This document shows, piece by piece, positions 23,690 to 36,300 of a stretch of DNA of 64,000 nucleotides (positions within the stretch are counted from its first letter, which is position 1; each line of letters starts with the position of its first letter). Where the stretch lies: positions 81,111,479 to 81,175,478 of the forward strand of contig JARFYF010000112.1 in NCBI GenBank assembly GCA_030265395.1. Reading direction: 5' to 3'. Source of the DNA: Rhina ancylostomus (taxonomy: Eukaryota). The position numbers were made by a program, and so were the translations under genes. The notes below the pieces were generated by a model, which had not been told where the DNA came from, did no database searches, and was given only the letters and a program-made list of their open reading frames with translations.

Positions 23690-24030
23690 CAAGTAACGCT
23701 CAGTGTGAAAATATTTCTCTACAAATGCCTCAAACGCTTCACTCTCCTTTATCTCTGCAATCCTCTCCATTCCCACATTCATCTGAGATGCCTGTGTTCT
23801 TCTTAATATGCTGTCGTGCACGTCCTGATTTTGGTCGCTCCATCAGCTGCCGAGATCCCCGGGCTCCAGGTTGTCTCACTGCACATCACTGCAATCTGCC
23901 TTCCTTCCTCTATACTGTTCCGTAAAACCACCCTCATATCTCCCTCTGTGGCATATCGTCAGTTGATAACACTCCACTAGGACCCTTGGATGTTGCATCA
24001 CGCTGAATGTACGCATTACGTGGAAACTCG
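23690..24030 (+). mobile_element. Decayed L2 LINE 3' end
   Basis: Inverted counterpart of 25545-25970, same family as 5750-6100. Confidence 0.55.
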
Positions 24031-24353
24031 CTGAGCTGCTAAAATTCACGAGCGGTTGTAAATGGTCGGGACCCCGTGCATCACCAGCCCAACACATCAT
24101 CATCGAGGCTATTGAGGACCGCAGATTAATGCAGTGCTGTTGAAAGCAGAAGCTAGGTTGGCTGCACAGGTAGAAATGGTTTGGGAACGTAATGGTAAAA
24201 AAATATTATTTTTACATCCTTACGAGGTCCAGAAACGGAGGGTTGGCATGGACCAATAACGTCAGGAGCCAATTGGACAGGAACCGCAACAGGAGAACAG
24301 ACCATCCCACTTCCACCTCTGCCACAATGGGGTCCGCAGTGTTAGAGTAAATG

Positions 24354-24860
24354 CAGGAGCCTGAGGGCACGTACCACCAAGCTCAAGGACAGCTTCTACC
24401 CCACTGTGATAAGACTATTGAACGGTTCCCTTATATGATGAGATGGACTCTGACCTCNNNNNNNNNNNNNNNNNNNNNNNNNNNNNNNNNNNNNNNNNNN
24501 NNNNNNNNNNNNNNNNNNNNNNNNNNNNNNNNNNNNNNNNNNNNNNNNNNNNNNNNNCCTGAGGGCACGTACCACCAGGCTCAAGGACAGCTTCTACCCC
24601 ACTGTGATAAGACTATTGAACGGTTCCCTTATACTATGAGATGGACTCTGACCTCACGATACCTTGCACATTACGGCACTGCACTTTCTCTGTAGCTGTG
24701 TCACTTTACTCTGTACTGTTTTTACCTGTACTACCTCAATGCACCCTGCACTAACTCAACATAACTGCACTGTATAATGAATTGACCTGTACGATCGGCA
24801 TGCAAGACAGGTTTTTCACTGTACCTCGGTACAAGTGACAATAATAAACCAATACCAATA
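24354..24860 (+). mobile_element. 3' end of Rex1/Babar-type LINE (second copy; start duplicated across a gap)
   Basis: Matches 1966-2299, with RSLRARTTKLKDSFYPTVIRLLNGSL and a (CCAATA)n tail. Confidence 0.75.
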
Positions 24861-25544
24861 TCGGCCGAGGACTTCCAGACACAGAACAGGAAAATCTCAG
24901 AAAGCATTGCCGCTGGAATCGTTCCACCCTTCTCTTAGTCATTCCACCCTCCAGCCACAGGAGGCTTTGAAAACCAAAAACAGATGAGAAGGTTTAAGTT
25001 ACCACGAGAAAAAAAATAAAGATACATTCAGAATCTCGCAAACAGTAACCCAGCGTCTTACATGAAAGGACAGAGCTGCCAAATTTACAATATACAATCA
25101 CTGGATTGTCTTTCAGAATATAACAGCACATACAACTTATAATACAGACCTCTGTGTAAATAATATGAGAGAGGGGAGATCGACGGGAAAAGTTGTAGAG
25201 ATTTTAGCAAATAACATAGGTATTTATTAGTTATTGATAATGTTATCTGTTGATAATGCAAACATTTTTTGAAATAATAAAATATTCCAATGTTCTGTTG
25301 CATATTTGATGCTTAATTGACGTGAGGTTTTCCAATTTTGCACTCCAAAATCACACAGAAACATCGGACACAAAAGATATGGTTCTGATAGCGTACTATT
25401 AATTTCACTGATTTATCACATTTCTCGTTCTAATTACACCTCAATGTTACCAGGTCTGCTGACACCTGGTGTCTAGCATATTAGATGTAGGCAAAAGAGC
25501 AGACTACGTGAGAATAAAATCACTTACAAGATTTAGTTTCTAAT

Positions 25545-26030
25545 AATGTAAAAAGGACGTGTATATGCAGCATTTTCCATGACCACGAACCACAAGGTGC
25601 TTTACAACGGCAGTTTCCATTTATGCCCTATTTTCAGCGTGATAAAACATTCCAGTGCTCCAATGAAGTGTTATCAAGCAAAAACTTGACAATACCCCCG
25701 CATAGGAGATAAGAGGACCCTAAAGAGGGTGGATTTAACGAATGGTGTAAAGAAGGAAAGAAAGACAGAGTTGGAGTTAGGGGGAAGTTCTGGAGCCCAA
25801 GGATCTCGGCAGATGGTGGAGCGATCAAAATAAGGATGTGCACGACAGACAATTTAGAGGAACACAGGTATCTCGAAGGATTTTGGGAATGGATGGGGAT
25901 TGCAGAGATAAGGAGAGTGAGCCGTTGAGGGATTTGTAAAAATATTTTAACATTGAGTGTTGTTTAACCAAGAGCCAATGAAGCTACACAGTTACTGGGA
26001 TGATGGACAGACGGAACTCGACGTGAGTCA
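25545..26030 (-). mobile_element. Decayed L2 LINE 3' end
   Basis: tggagcgatcaaaataaggatgtgcac...gaggaacacaggtatctcg...gcagagataagg; L2 3' region in antisense. Confidence 0.55.
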
Positions 26031-26214
26031 CTATTGGCGTATGAGATGTTTATGGTTTATTTGCGAGTTTAGTTACTGTTGTAATGTAAGAAGTGCAGAA
26101 ACCAATTGTATATACAACATGCTCTTATAAATTGAGATGAGATCATTGGTATATAATTTGCTTTTAATCACAAAAACTGTAAAATTAACACATTTTACAT
26201 TGCAACATTTTAAC

Positions 26215-26600
26215 ATGGGCTTGTTTTCCCTGGAGCTGTGCGGGACTTGATAGAGGTACATCAAATTATGAGAGGCATGGACAGGGTAGATAGTCGGAAC
26301 CTTATTACTGGTGAGGTATCAAAGGCAAGAGGCCATATGGTTAAGGAGAGACGAAGGAATTTTTAAGTGGATCTGNNNNNNNNNNNNNNNNNNNNNNNNN
26401 NNNNNNNNNNNNNNNNNNNNNNNNNNNNNNNNNNNNNNNNNNNNNNNNNNNNNTCTACCTTAAGAGACATTTAGACAGAGACTTGAATAGGCAAGGCATA
26501 GAAGGATGCGGACCTCATGTGGATCAGTGTAGATGGGCAAAACGGTCGGCATGGGTGGGCCGAAGGGCCATTTTCTTTGCTGTACAATTCCAAGACTCTA
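26215..26600 (+). mobile_element. CR1 LINE 3' fragment
   Basis: gacttgatagaggtacatcaaattatgagaggcatggacagggtagatag...ggtcggcatgggtgggccgaagggcc...gctgtacaattc. Confidence 0.7.
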
Positions 26601-26609
26601 AATCATCCA

Positions 26610-26895
26610 AAGGCGTTTCATGGAAATTTGCCATTGAACGTTGGCATCCTGGATGTTGATTGGGGACAAAGGTTGACCAGGACAACGAAAGGACACTACG
26701 AAGGGACCTTCTTCATACATCCGACAGGATGTTTCAGTTTAATGTCTCAGTCGGTAGACTGCACGTCCGGCGATACATCGTTCCCTCTGATCTGTGTCGG
26801 CCTGGGTTATGTGTTGAAGTCTCTGCGGAGGGGGTGGGTTAGTGCTGGAACTTGTGACTCAGAGGCCAGGATGCCCCAGGAAACCACAGCTGACC
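26610..26895 (-). mobile_element. Decayed Deu-domain SINE (SacSINE1/AmnSINE-like)
   Basis: gtttaatgtctcagtcggtagactgcacgtccggcgat...gtgtcggcctgggttatgtgttgaagtctctg...tgactcagaggc...cagctgac resembles DeuSINE core and head in antisense. Confidence 0.5.
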
Positions 26896-28649
26896 TGTAG
26901 GAATGTGTCCCTGAGTTGGCAACCCTGTCACATTCCATCAGTAAAAACGGCAATATTATTCTTGGCTATAGAGTCTGCTTTCAGTCAATATTATACCCCG
27001 AAACTCTAAACTGGGTTTGAAAAAGTCTCTGTCAGTCTCCCTGCAGGTAATAAACGAAGAATTTTTACATATCATCCTTCGTCGTGGTTCAAACGTTTAT
27101 GAACTGCTGGGGTTTGAGTTTGAGAGTTATTTGTGTCACTTGAAGAGATTAATGCCTGGTGGGATCTATCACTAACCTTTACTTAAACGGTGTTAATTAT
27201 CGCTGACGGTGGTCAAATCCGATCTTAAATATAGTAAATCTTGGGGAGAAGAATTTATTCCTTTAAAGACAGCAAGGCTGCACAGTATAATCTGTGTGCT
27301 TCATTGTGAGAAGTGAAATGTGTTCGTCTGATGACCGGGTCCTGACACTACAATGCTGTCATTGTCACTGAGAATGTTCCTCGCAAGCTCGATAGAACCG
27401 AAGCATCTGAATGCAGCCGGTGGACACAGAACAAGGACAGCGCTTTAAAGCGAAGCGAGCCTCACTCGCAGCTAGACTGTAACCGGGGCAGTCAGGCAGA
27501 CAACTAACCCATCCGAATTCCAGCCTGGGATTGATAAAACAAGTCCCACCCTAAAACCAGCGCAACCGTGTTTATTTTTAGAACGGGTCCCGAGCCGTGT
27601 GGAGGTGTCATTGGCTGGTGGTACCGTCACTCATCCTTGTCCCAACTTTACAGTCAAGAATTGCTTCAAATACGGAGTCATCAGGCAGTCAGACTCAAGA
27701 CTGCACTAAGTGTAGAAGCTAAAATAAGGACAGGGATCAGATGCGACACTGTTTTGAACGCAGTTTCCCCCAGTTCGGGCTAATTTCAGTCACCATTTAA
27801 AAAGATTTTGTTTGGCTTTCAAACACTTTTTTTGTTTAAGTTCACGGGCAGAGGATCAACGAGCTTCGAGAAATGATTATCAAGCGGCCAGGCAAAGTGT
27901 AGGAGACCCTTAGCCGCAGGAGAGAAGAGGCTGCTGAGGTATATAATCTGGGAGCTGCTCTGATTGATGTCATCTCCTGTCAGTGAGGTAAACTGTGATG
28001 ATTTGGCGATGTTTTATTCAAAATATATTTTGATAGTCATTCCGCTCAGATTGCGTGACGAAGAACATATTTTATTCACTTTATTTACAAATAGTGTTTG
28101 GGGAGTAGCCGACCCTTGCATTTCAAGGAAACCATGGCTGATTCTAAAATGAGACAGCAGAATATTTTTATACCGAGTTTATTAGTTTACTGGAGTTATT
28201 TATCTGACCAATATAAACATTAAGATCTTAAACTTATTGCGTGGGAACAAGGATCTCAAACTCAAACTCCACGTTTGGAAACTATTTCCCTCTCCGCCCC
28301 AGTGCATAAGACAAAGCCGGTTATACCTCCACTGTGAGTTAGAAGACTACGGTTTAATTCCTGAGACATGAGTTTGACTGTAAACCAGAGTCATATTGAT
28401 GACTGTCTCACTCTCTCTGCCGTCTGCGAGAGTCTCTGATCTTTAAGCACAGTTAACCACGCCAATGTGTCATATCTAGCCCGTGGTTAAAATTTTCAGT
28501 CAAGTAAAACCACCTCCAGTTCCCAGTCTATTTTGCTCTTCCTGGAATCACCAATTTTCCACTTCACTCCTCCCTTTGCCTGTCGCCTCTTACTATGAAA
28601 CCGCCGCCTTTCTCTTCCTCTGCTCTTTGTCCGCTGAGCTCCATTCTCT

Positions 28650-29040
28650 TCGTACATGGCACTAGAGCGTAGGAGGGGGTGACCTAATAGAGGCTGATAC
28701 ATTCATAAGGGGCATAGATAAGGTGAATGGTCACAGTCTTTTTCCCCGGGTGGGAGAGTCCAAAACCAGAGGGCCTAGATTTAAGGTAAGAGGGGAACGA
28801 TTTAGAAGGGACCTGAGGGAAAACTTTTTCACACAGGGGGTGGTGCCAGAGGAAATTGTAGAGGCAGCTGCAATTACAGTGTTTAAAAGGCACTTCGACA
28901 AGAAGAGTCTAAGGTTAAGGATAGGAAAGGTTTAGAGGGCATTGGGCCAGACCCAGGAAAAGTGTGACAAGCTCAGGTAGGCAATTCGGTCAATGTGGAT
29001 GAGATGGGCCAAAGTTTCTGTGCTGCACAACTCCACCACT
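28650..29040 (+). mobile_element. CR1 LINE 3' fragment
   Basis: Translates ...HSLFPRVGESKTRGPRFKVRGERFRRDLRENFFTQGVV, the CR1 ORF2 C-terminal motif. Confidence 0.8.
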
Positions 29041-29544
29041 ATTTTCTGTTTCAATGAGAGCATGAGAAGGGGAAATGATGCCAGGACTGAGACTCAGGCA
29101 GGGGGTCCAATAGGCAGGCAGGTTAGTGACAGGAATTTCATTCCCTTCGGGCAGGACTGGTGTGATGGGATGCTACAAATGCAGATAGTTATGGGCAGCA
29201 AGTGGAACTTTCTGGTTTCCCGTGGTCCACTGGGACAAGGGTAGCCAGAACAGCCACCTTCAAAAGCCCCATGTCTTTAAATGGTCCTGAATCAGAGAAG
29301 GCTGGGCTCTGACTCACTGAACTGGAGCTCAGTCACATTGAGTGAAAGCAGTGCTGTGACAGAACTGTGCAAGTAAACCTTGCAGGGAACCAGAGGGTCT
29401 TCTCAAAGAGAATTAAATAAGGAAAGGCAACGAGAGAACATCTGCCCCCAATTCCACAAAAGCTGTGCTCACCCTTCAATGGGCAGCTGCCATAAGAATC
29501 CAAAACACTCCATCCCCTGTGTGCAGTCAATATCCAATGAGATA

Positions 29545-29953
29545 TAGTCATAGAATCCTGCAGCACAGTAACAGGCCCTTCGACCCACCAAGTAAATGCA
29601 GACCATCAAACAGCCATTTACACTATTAGAGTGTGATAAGAGACACACAGCATAGAAACAGGCCTTTCAGCACGTTGAGTTCAATACTATTTTTCTTGTA
29701 TCCTCTCCTCATTCTCGTTAATTATCCCCAGAATCTACCACATCTGCACTCTAGGGGCAATTTACAGTGGCCAATTAATCTGAAACCCCAATGTCTTTGG
29801 GGTGTGGGTGGAAACTGGAGCACCTGGAGGAACCCGACGCAGTCACAGGGAGAACGTGCAAATTCCACAGAGACAGCACGCAAAGTCAGGATCGAATCTG
29901 GGTCTCTGGTGCTGTGAGTCAGTGGCTTTACCAGCTGTGCCACTGTGCTGCCC
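29545..29953 (-). mobile_element. V-SINE (HE1-like) with CR1-related 3' tail
   Basis: Minus strand: head gggcagcacagtggcacagctggtaaagcc...cccagattcgatcctgac, V-domain gggttcctccaggtgctccagtttccacccaca, and tail aagggcctgttactgtgctgcaggattctatgactat. Confidence 0.75.
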
Positions 29954-30649
29954 TCAGGGAAACAATGGCTTCATGCCTTTGGATAAGGTATTAACCTAAG
30001 ACCCTTTCTGAAAGTGAAAGTCAGAGAGTTCTCCTAGAACCCGACAATGGCTTGAAAGTTGAAATCAGATTTCAATAAACATGAGCCCATTGCACAGAAG
30101 GGTCTGTGACTTTGGATGAACACTCATCGGTGAATTGGTCATTTTATGAGGTTAGTTCACAAGAATGATTCATGGAAATGGAAACATCACAGTGGGGGAA
30201 GGAAGCATGGCAAAAATAATAAACCAATGTACATGGCTGACTGGAGACAGAAGCCGATTCTGCACGTGGATTGGGGAATAACAGTAGTAGGAGTACTTGG
30301 TGTGAACACTGAGAGACCCCATTATATCTTCCAGACCTGATATGTAGCCCCTTTAAAAAAGTTTGTGAATAACATTCAAATGAACAAATCTGAACTATCA
30401 TATAGTTAATTCCACTGAGGTCCTGGCAGCAAGATCTACAAAAGACTAATAAAAATGTGGCAACATTGACTGCAGTGAATTTCTCAACCAGCTAGCTTCA
30501 TTAGCATGAGGTATGAAGTTATGTGTTTCTCATTCAGAGATGATTCCTAGCAGCTGTTAATTGTGAGGACACCCAAGAGGACTGAATCAGAAAAGCAGCA
30601 AGTTCATTGCACTGCGCAAGTTATTGACCTGCTAAGGATTGGCTTAGAT

Positions 30650-31020
30650 CAAAGACAATGCGATGTTTTTACTTTGAAGTGCCAGGGTGCAGGAACGATT
30701 TAGCTCAGCAAGGACGGGAGTGATGGATGAGTGAACAGAGCAAGGTTTTGGGCAAACTGAAAGTTATGGAGGGAGGGGGATGTCATGGAGATGGAGGTTT
30801 CTGTGATGAGAAAGATATGAGATCAGACCTCTGATCAAATCCCACAGTATGCCATGGATATGAACTGTCTGATTCAGTTTGAGAATCTGCTTGAGACTGT
30901 CACAGGGCTGAAGGAACTAATACCTTGAGAGGGGCCAAAGACAAAGGCTTTGGTTTTTCCAGTGTTCAGTTGTGGAAACTTAAAACTCACCCATGACTGA
31001 GTTAGATAAATAATCTAGAA
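30650..31020 (-). mobile_element. Decayed L2 ORF2 fragment
   Basis: ggggccaaagacaaaggctttggtttttccagtgttcagttgtggaaac is antisense LQLNTGKTKAFVFGP, the L2 RT-region motif. Confidence 0.5.
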
Positions 31021-31584
31021 AGGTAACGCACCAGTTGACATCTTCAAACTGTCAAATTGAAAATTCTGAAAGTTTTGCTGACAGTATGGATATGAAATGT
31101 AATTAGGTTGGGTGGTATCAGTAAAACTTGTTGGTAATTCTGAGGTTTGCTCCGATCAGCCTGCACAACATCATTACAGATCTGCTGTAATATAACACCC
31201 TGTGATTTTTATTTTTTTCCAATTTCCACAATCGCCAGAATTCCTTATGCATCCCCCCATGTGAATTCTTTTCATTAGTTATTCCAGACAGGGAGAGATT
31301 CCATGATAGTTTACCATGGCATGAGGACAGACTGTTAGGTGCAACTCATTTTCACTGAACATTCACGTACACAGGAGATGTCACAAAAGACTGGGTGTTG
31401 AAATCCAGGTTAATATATCTTGTTCTTAGCAGCTGGCAGCCTGAGGCAAAGCTGTTGTCGCTGTCACTACACTACCTAAATTAGAAGAGACTAGAGCTGG
31501 AGCATAGACTCACCACAAGTGTGTAGCTCACTACGATTTCAGATAGTCCAATAATCCACTCAAGTACAACAGAGCCCATCTGAA

Positions 31585-31895
31585 AGGATTCCTTTCTTAT
31601 CAGATTCATAACCTGCAGTCCTTCATTGTCTTCACTATTACCTCCTAACCTCTAATGCTCTCTCCACCCCTCCCTCCCCCAACTGGCTCCATCTGTCCAT
31701 CAATCCCGTCAGCTCCTGCCTCACCCCTCCCCCTCACCTCTTTACACGGACTGTGTCCTCCTTACCCTCTCAGTCCTGACGCAAAGTTTGACCTGAAATG
31801 TCGACTATCCCTTTGCCTCCACAGATGCTGCCTGACCCACTGAGTTCCTCCAGCAGCTTGTATTTTGCTCCACATTCCAGTATCTCTTGTATCTC
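31585..31895 (+). mobile_element. Penelope-like element 3' fragment
   Basis: Pyrimidine-rich tract, then cagtcctgacgcaaagtttgacctgaaatgtcgacta (mutated hammerhead) and ccacagatgctgcctgacccactgagttcctccagc. Confidence 0.7.
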
Positions 31896-32119
31896 TCTGA
31901 AAATATTTACTTGCTCCACAAAGCACAGTCAATGATGTTATATGTAGCAATGCAGTGTGACCGACAATATCAACACACTCTCATCTGTGGACAGTTAATC
32001 GCAAGACAGAATCAAGGTTACAATATCCATTAAAGATGACAAATAATTATGACCAATAATAGTGTACGTACATGATACAATGTTCTATATTAGTGATGCA
32101 AAGAAGTAAAGGGAGAAAA

Positions 32120-32490
32120 GACTGGCATTAAATAGCACCTTTCACAACCCCAGGATGTTCCGAAGAACCTTACAGCTAGATAAGTACTTTTGAAGTATAA
32201 TCATTGCAAGTAGGAACTGTCAGAATAATTTTGTACATAGCAGGCTCCTACAACAAATATAAAATAACCATTTAGGTATTGGTTGAGGATTAGCATTAAT
32301 CTGGGTGGCCTCCAAGAGGGCAGACTGGGTCTCTGGTTAATGGGTTTCACCAAAACAACTAAACCAATTTTGTAGTGCTCCCTTAGTAATGAACTTTAGG
32401 GCAAAAGTAAGTTAGTGCTCAAATCTTGACATTAGGGCTTCAGCCTACTAATTATTCAGTGATTTAAAAAAAGAGGAAAGGCTGACACCA
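32120..32490 (-). mobile_element. Decayed Deu-domain SINE
   Basis: atagcacctttcacaaccccaggatgttccgaag...aagtacttttgaagt...gagggcagactgggtctctggttaa. Confidence 0.5.
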
Positions 32491-32949
32491 CTACTCTGAA
32501 GATTGCTCCTATTTAAAAATAAGTGAGACATTAAAAATAGTTCTTCATTCATTAAGACCTCTTCAAGACCAGTACAAATAACCTATGCAGAAATACAAGT
32601 AGGGGAAGATGACTGAATAGTAAACAGAAACGTAGAAAAAAGAAAATGCAGGAAATGATCATCAGTTTAGACAGCATATGTGGAGAGAAAAACATAGTTA
32701 ACATTTCAGTCTTGTCATTGCACCTCAGTAAGTAGAAAACTCCACTGAAGATTAATGTGTGAGAAGCTTTTGAATTTCAGCAAACACAAGTTCAAGCAAA
32801 TGCCAAGTACAAACCATCTTCTTATCTCAATTTCATCTAGTTATTAAATTAAGTTTATTATAAGACAAAAAAACACATCAAAATGATGGTTAGGACACAT
32901 GATGGAATTATTCAGTTCACTAAATTAAATTGCATGGTAATTAAATCCA

Positions 32950-33320
32950 GTGGCTTGAGTTCATACATATGAGCTGACAATCTAGTCCTTTANNNNNNAG
33001 CGTGGCACTGTCAGAGATGCTTTCTTTCAGATGAGATATAAATTGAGACTTTGTCAGCTATCTCAGTGTAAAAGTTGGCACTATCTTGAAAAAGAGTGAG
33101 AGATTTATCACCAATATCCTGGCCAATAGTTATCAGCCAACTAACATCCCAGAAATAGATTATTTATTATATTGACATATATAGGATCTTGCTGTGCTTG
33201 AATTGGCGGCTGTGTTTCTTATATTACAACAGTGACTAAACTTGAAAATAACTTTTTTGTTGTAAACTATTTGGAACTCGCAGAAAGGGACAGGAATGGT
33301 GCTATATAAAAAGTCTTTTT
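32950..33320 (+). mobile_element. Decayed Deu-domain SINE
   Basis: gcactgtcagagatgctttctttcagatgagatataaattgag...tcctggccaat...ggatcttgctgtgc...attacaacagtgact...gtgctatataaa. Confidence 0.6.
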
Positions 33321-36300
33321 CTCGAGTGTTTCAAAATAAATTCAGTGTCAGAAGTAATAAGTGCAAATAAATGTCTAAGTGGTCAACTTTTGGATAAATG
33401 ACTTTAATTTGAAATTTAGTTCACTAAGAATAGAATTAAAGGCATCTTTCCAAATACAAGAAACTTTAGCAAAAACCTTATGTTGTTTTACATCCAAACC
33501 ATACCACAAACTATAAATATAGGCAATGGCTTAAATTATCCCTCAACGTTACTTAGGATCTGCATTTTCTTGTTCTGAAATAAGCTTTCACATGAATGTA
33601 ATATCTGGGCATGATTTGCATGAAGAATACCAGATGCCCGGCAGTATGTTATACAGAGAATAACAAATGTTTGAGAACAAATTTCACACAACTTGAGGAA
33701 AGAATTATATGGAATACAACTTGAGGTCTGAAGAAGATTATATGGGGAGCAACAGAACTCAGATAGCATTTTGAAGGCTCACAATCTCCCCAGGACTGAC
33801 CTACACATCATTTATTGAGGATAGTTCATCAGAGTCAGCAGGGATGATTTGGGCCAAAGGGTCTGTTTCCATGTGGTATTACTCTATGACTCTATGAGTA
33901 ACTTATTACTGTTTTAAGAAGTTTCTCAGGTTTTGGTCAGCTGTGTGTTCCTCTGAAGGACTCTATTAGATTTATTATAGGATAGATTAGATACAACAGA
34001 GTTTTCAACGAGCTGTTGTTTACAAAGAAAGTATAGGAATTGGCCAGGAGACAACTGAACGTAACAGAGCAAGAATGAGAGTTTCATATTGTTGGACCAT
34101 TATAAGCAGAGAGGTGGGAAATGTTGATAGTGGAAGTAGGCAATCTTTGAGATGGAGAGGATTCGAAGTTGGAACCTCAACTCGGGATCAAACTTAAGCA
34201 AAGATAGTGAAGATACAAGTTTCAGTCTGAACTAGCTGGGATGGGAATGGAATTGGTGGTAAGAGTTTGGAATCTTTGGCTCATCTGTAAACATTAGTCT
34301 TCCTAGTACCATATCCAGGGACACATCATCACCCATGGAAGAGAAAATTGCAAAGACTTGCAGATTACTGCATAAAATAATTTCCTTGTGTCTCAGTCCT
34401 AAATGCCCGTCCTTTTTCTTGAGTCCAAAATATTATGTTTATAAAAAACAGCATTTTGATGCCTAGCCTTTCAATCCCTTTCACAATTTTGTATGACTCA
34501 ATGAAATTATCTCTCTTCTGAACTTAAGTAAGTATAACCCAATCATGGTACCTCTTCATTGGACATCCCAAGAATCAATCTAATACATCTGTGCTGCACT
34601 AACTCTGAGACAAGTAGGTGTAGAGACCAAAACTATACGCAGTGGTCCCTATGAGGATACAATAAAGGTTTTAATCTTACTTATTTAAAAACAATATTAA
34701 TTAAATATATGGTTTGCTTTTTAGCTGTTGTTAATGCAAAAAGTTCGCCATTCTCTCTTTCANNNNNNNNNNNNNNNNNNNNNNNNNNNNNNNNNNNNNN
34801 NNNNNNNNNNNNNNNNNNNNNNNNNNNNNNNNNNNNNNNNNNNNNNNNNNNNNNNNNNNNNNAAGTCCCACCCTGTGGTCCAGAATAATGGTCCCTGTGT
34901 GCCATTCCAGATGACCTCCATATCCTCCATCTATTTGGCTGGTGCCTCTCGTATATCCATTCCAATTCAACATTGTTTCCAACGGCAGCGCACATTGTTT
35001 AGTATTTATTTTTGAAAAATTTGATTATTCAAAGAAATAAAGCACCAGCATACCAATTTCAACTTGTAGGCCTGAAATCTGATCTTTGTGGAGTATCACT
35101 TGGGTAACACCAAGCCAATTGTCTTCAGTGCCCTGGGTTGGGAAAAGGAATATTGACCAAAGCTATCTGCAATAAAAGTACTGAATAAACCTTAAGAGGT
35201 AGAAAGACAGGTCTCTCATTGCCCAGATTCATGAAGAAAGTTACTGAGACAAGATACCCAAGCACTTCCAGTGCCCATAAATTATGCCCAGCATGAATTA
35301 CTTCATTTAAATGGTGGAAATTTTTTTTAAAAAGGTCAGGAAATATTTTGCATTTCTAACGGAAAAATGCCGTTAACTGGGAATAGAACATTGTAACCTT
35401 CTATTGATCAGAGTTGCTAATAAGGTGAAATTTACTGCAATGGTGTTTATTGACTGCTAATATTTTCTGGTTTTACAGCATTTTAATAGCAATACAAAAA
35501 GGGAGACTTGCTTGGTACTAAATTCATCAGACATTGGCATGATACTAATAATGGTTCCCTAAAAACACAAGGGACCTGTGGTGCACAATAGCAGGGCACA
35601 AATGTATTCTCTTTCTGTTATCAAGTTAAAAATAAGTAGATATCCGTAATATGTGTTGACATTGACATGCCCAAGTGATCCCTAAATGTTGATAGATTGC
35701 TGAGTCAAACTGTGAAAGGCAAAACTGATTAGATTAAGAACATAAGAACAAAGGAAATAAGTACAGGAGTTGGTTATTTGGCCCTTCACACCTGCTCCAC
35801 CATCCAAGATCATGACTAATTTTCTACCTCTGCAACATTTTCCTGCACTATCTCCATATCCTGTGATTCCCACTGTTCTCAAACCTATTGATCTCAGTTT
35901 TGAATGAATGCAAGTCATTCCAAACAGAAAGATAAGGATCCTGCTGAGTTAACAGTTCCATAGATAGTGACTTATGTTGAATATCTTAATCAAGCGGTCA
36001 TCAAGCCTGAACAGTTTTATTTGCTCTTGAGAGGGCATTACAGCCATGTTTGGTGCTTGATGCTCTCCCCAATTGATGCCCACATTTTTCCACAATGAAG
36101 CAGGGGTTATAAGATACTGATCAGAAGGACTGTTGATGATTTGTTTTCCTTTCTTAATCCAAGGATGCTGAGGTCAATTACATTGCCCTTCCTGCCCTGC
36201 TTGAAAACAAACCAGGATCTACATGAACTGTCTACCTACCAATTAAACCTTTAGGGAGCAACATCTAGTTGTTAAAGGGGCAGTGTCATCATTGTGATGT

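Noticed and set aside
23481-23821. 'LVEEVETR' Myb/SANT-like and 'HDSILR' transposase-like peptides
   Set aside because: They overlap or abut an L2 3' remnant (inverted match to 25730-25970); likely chance.
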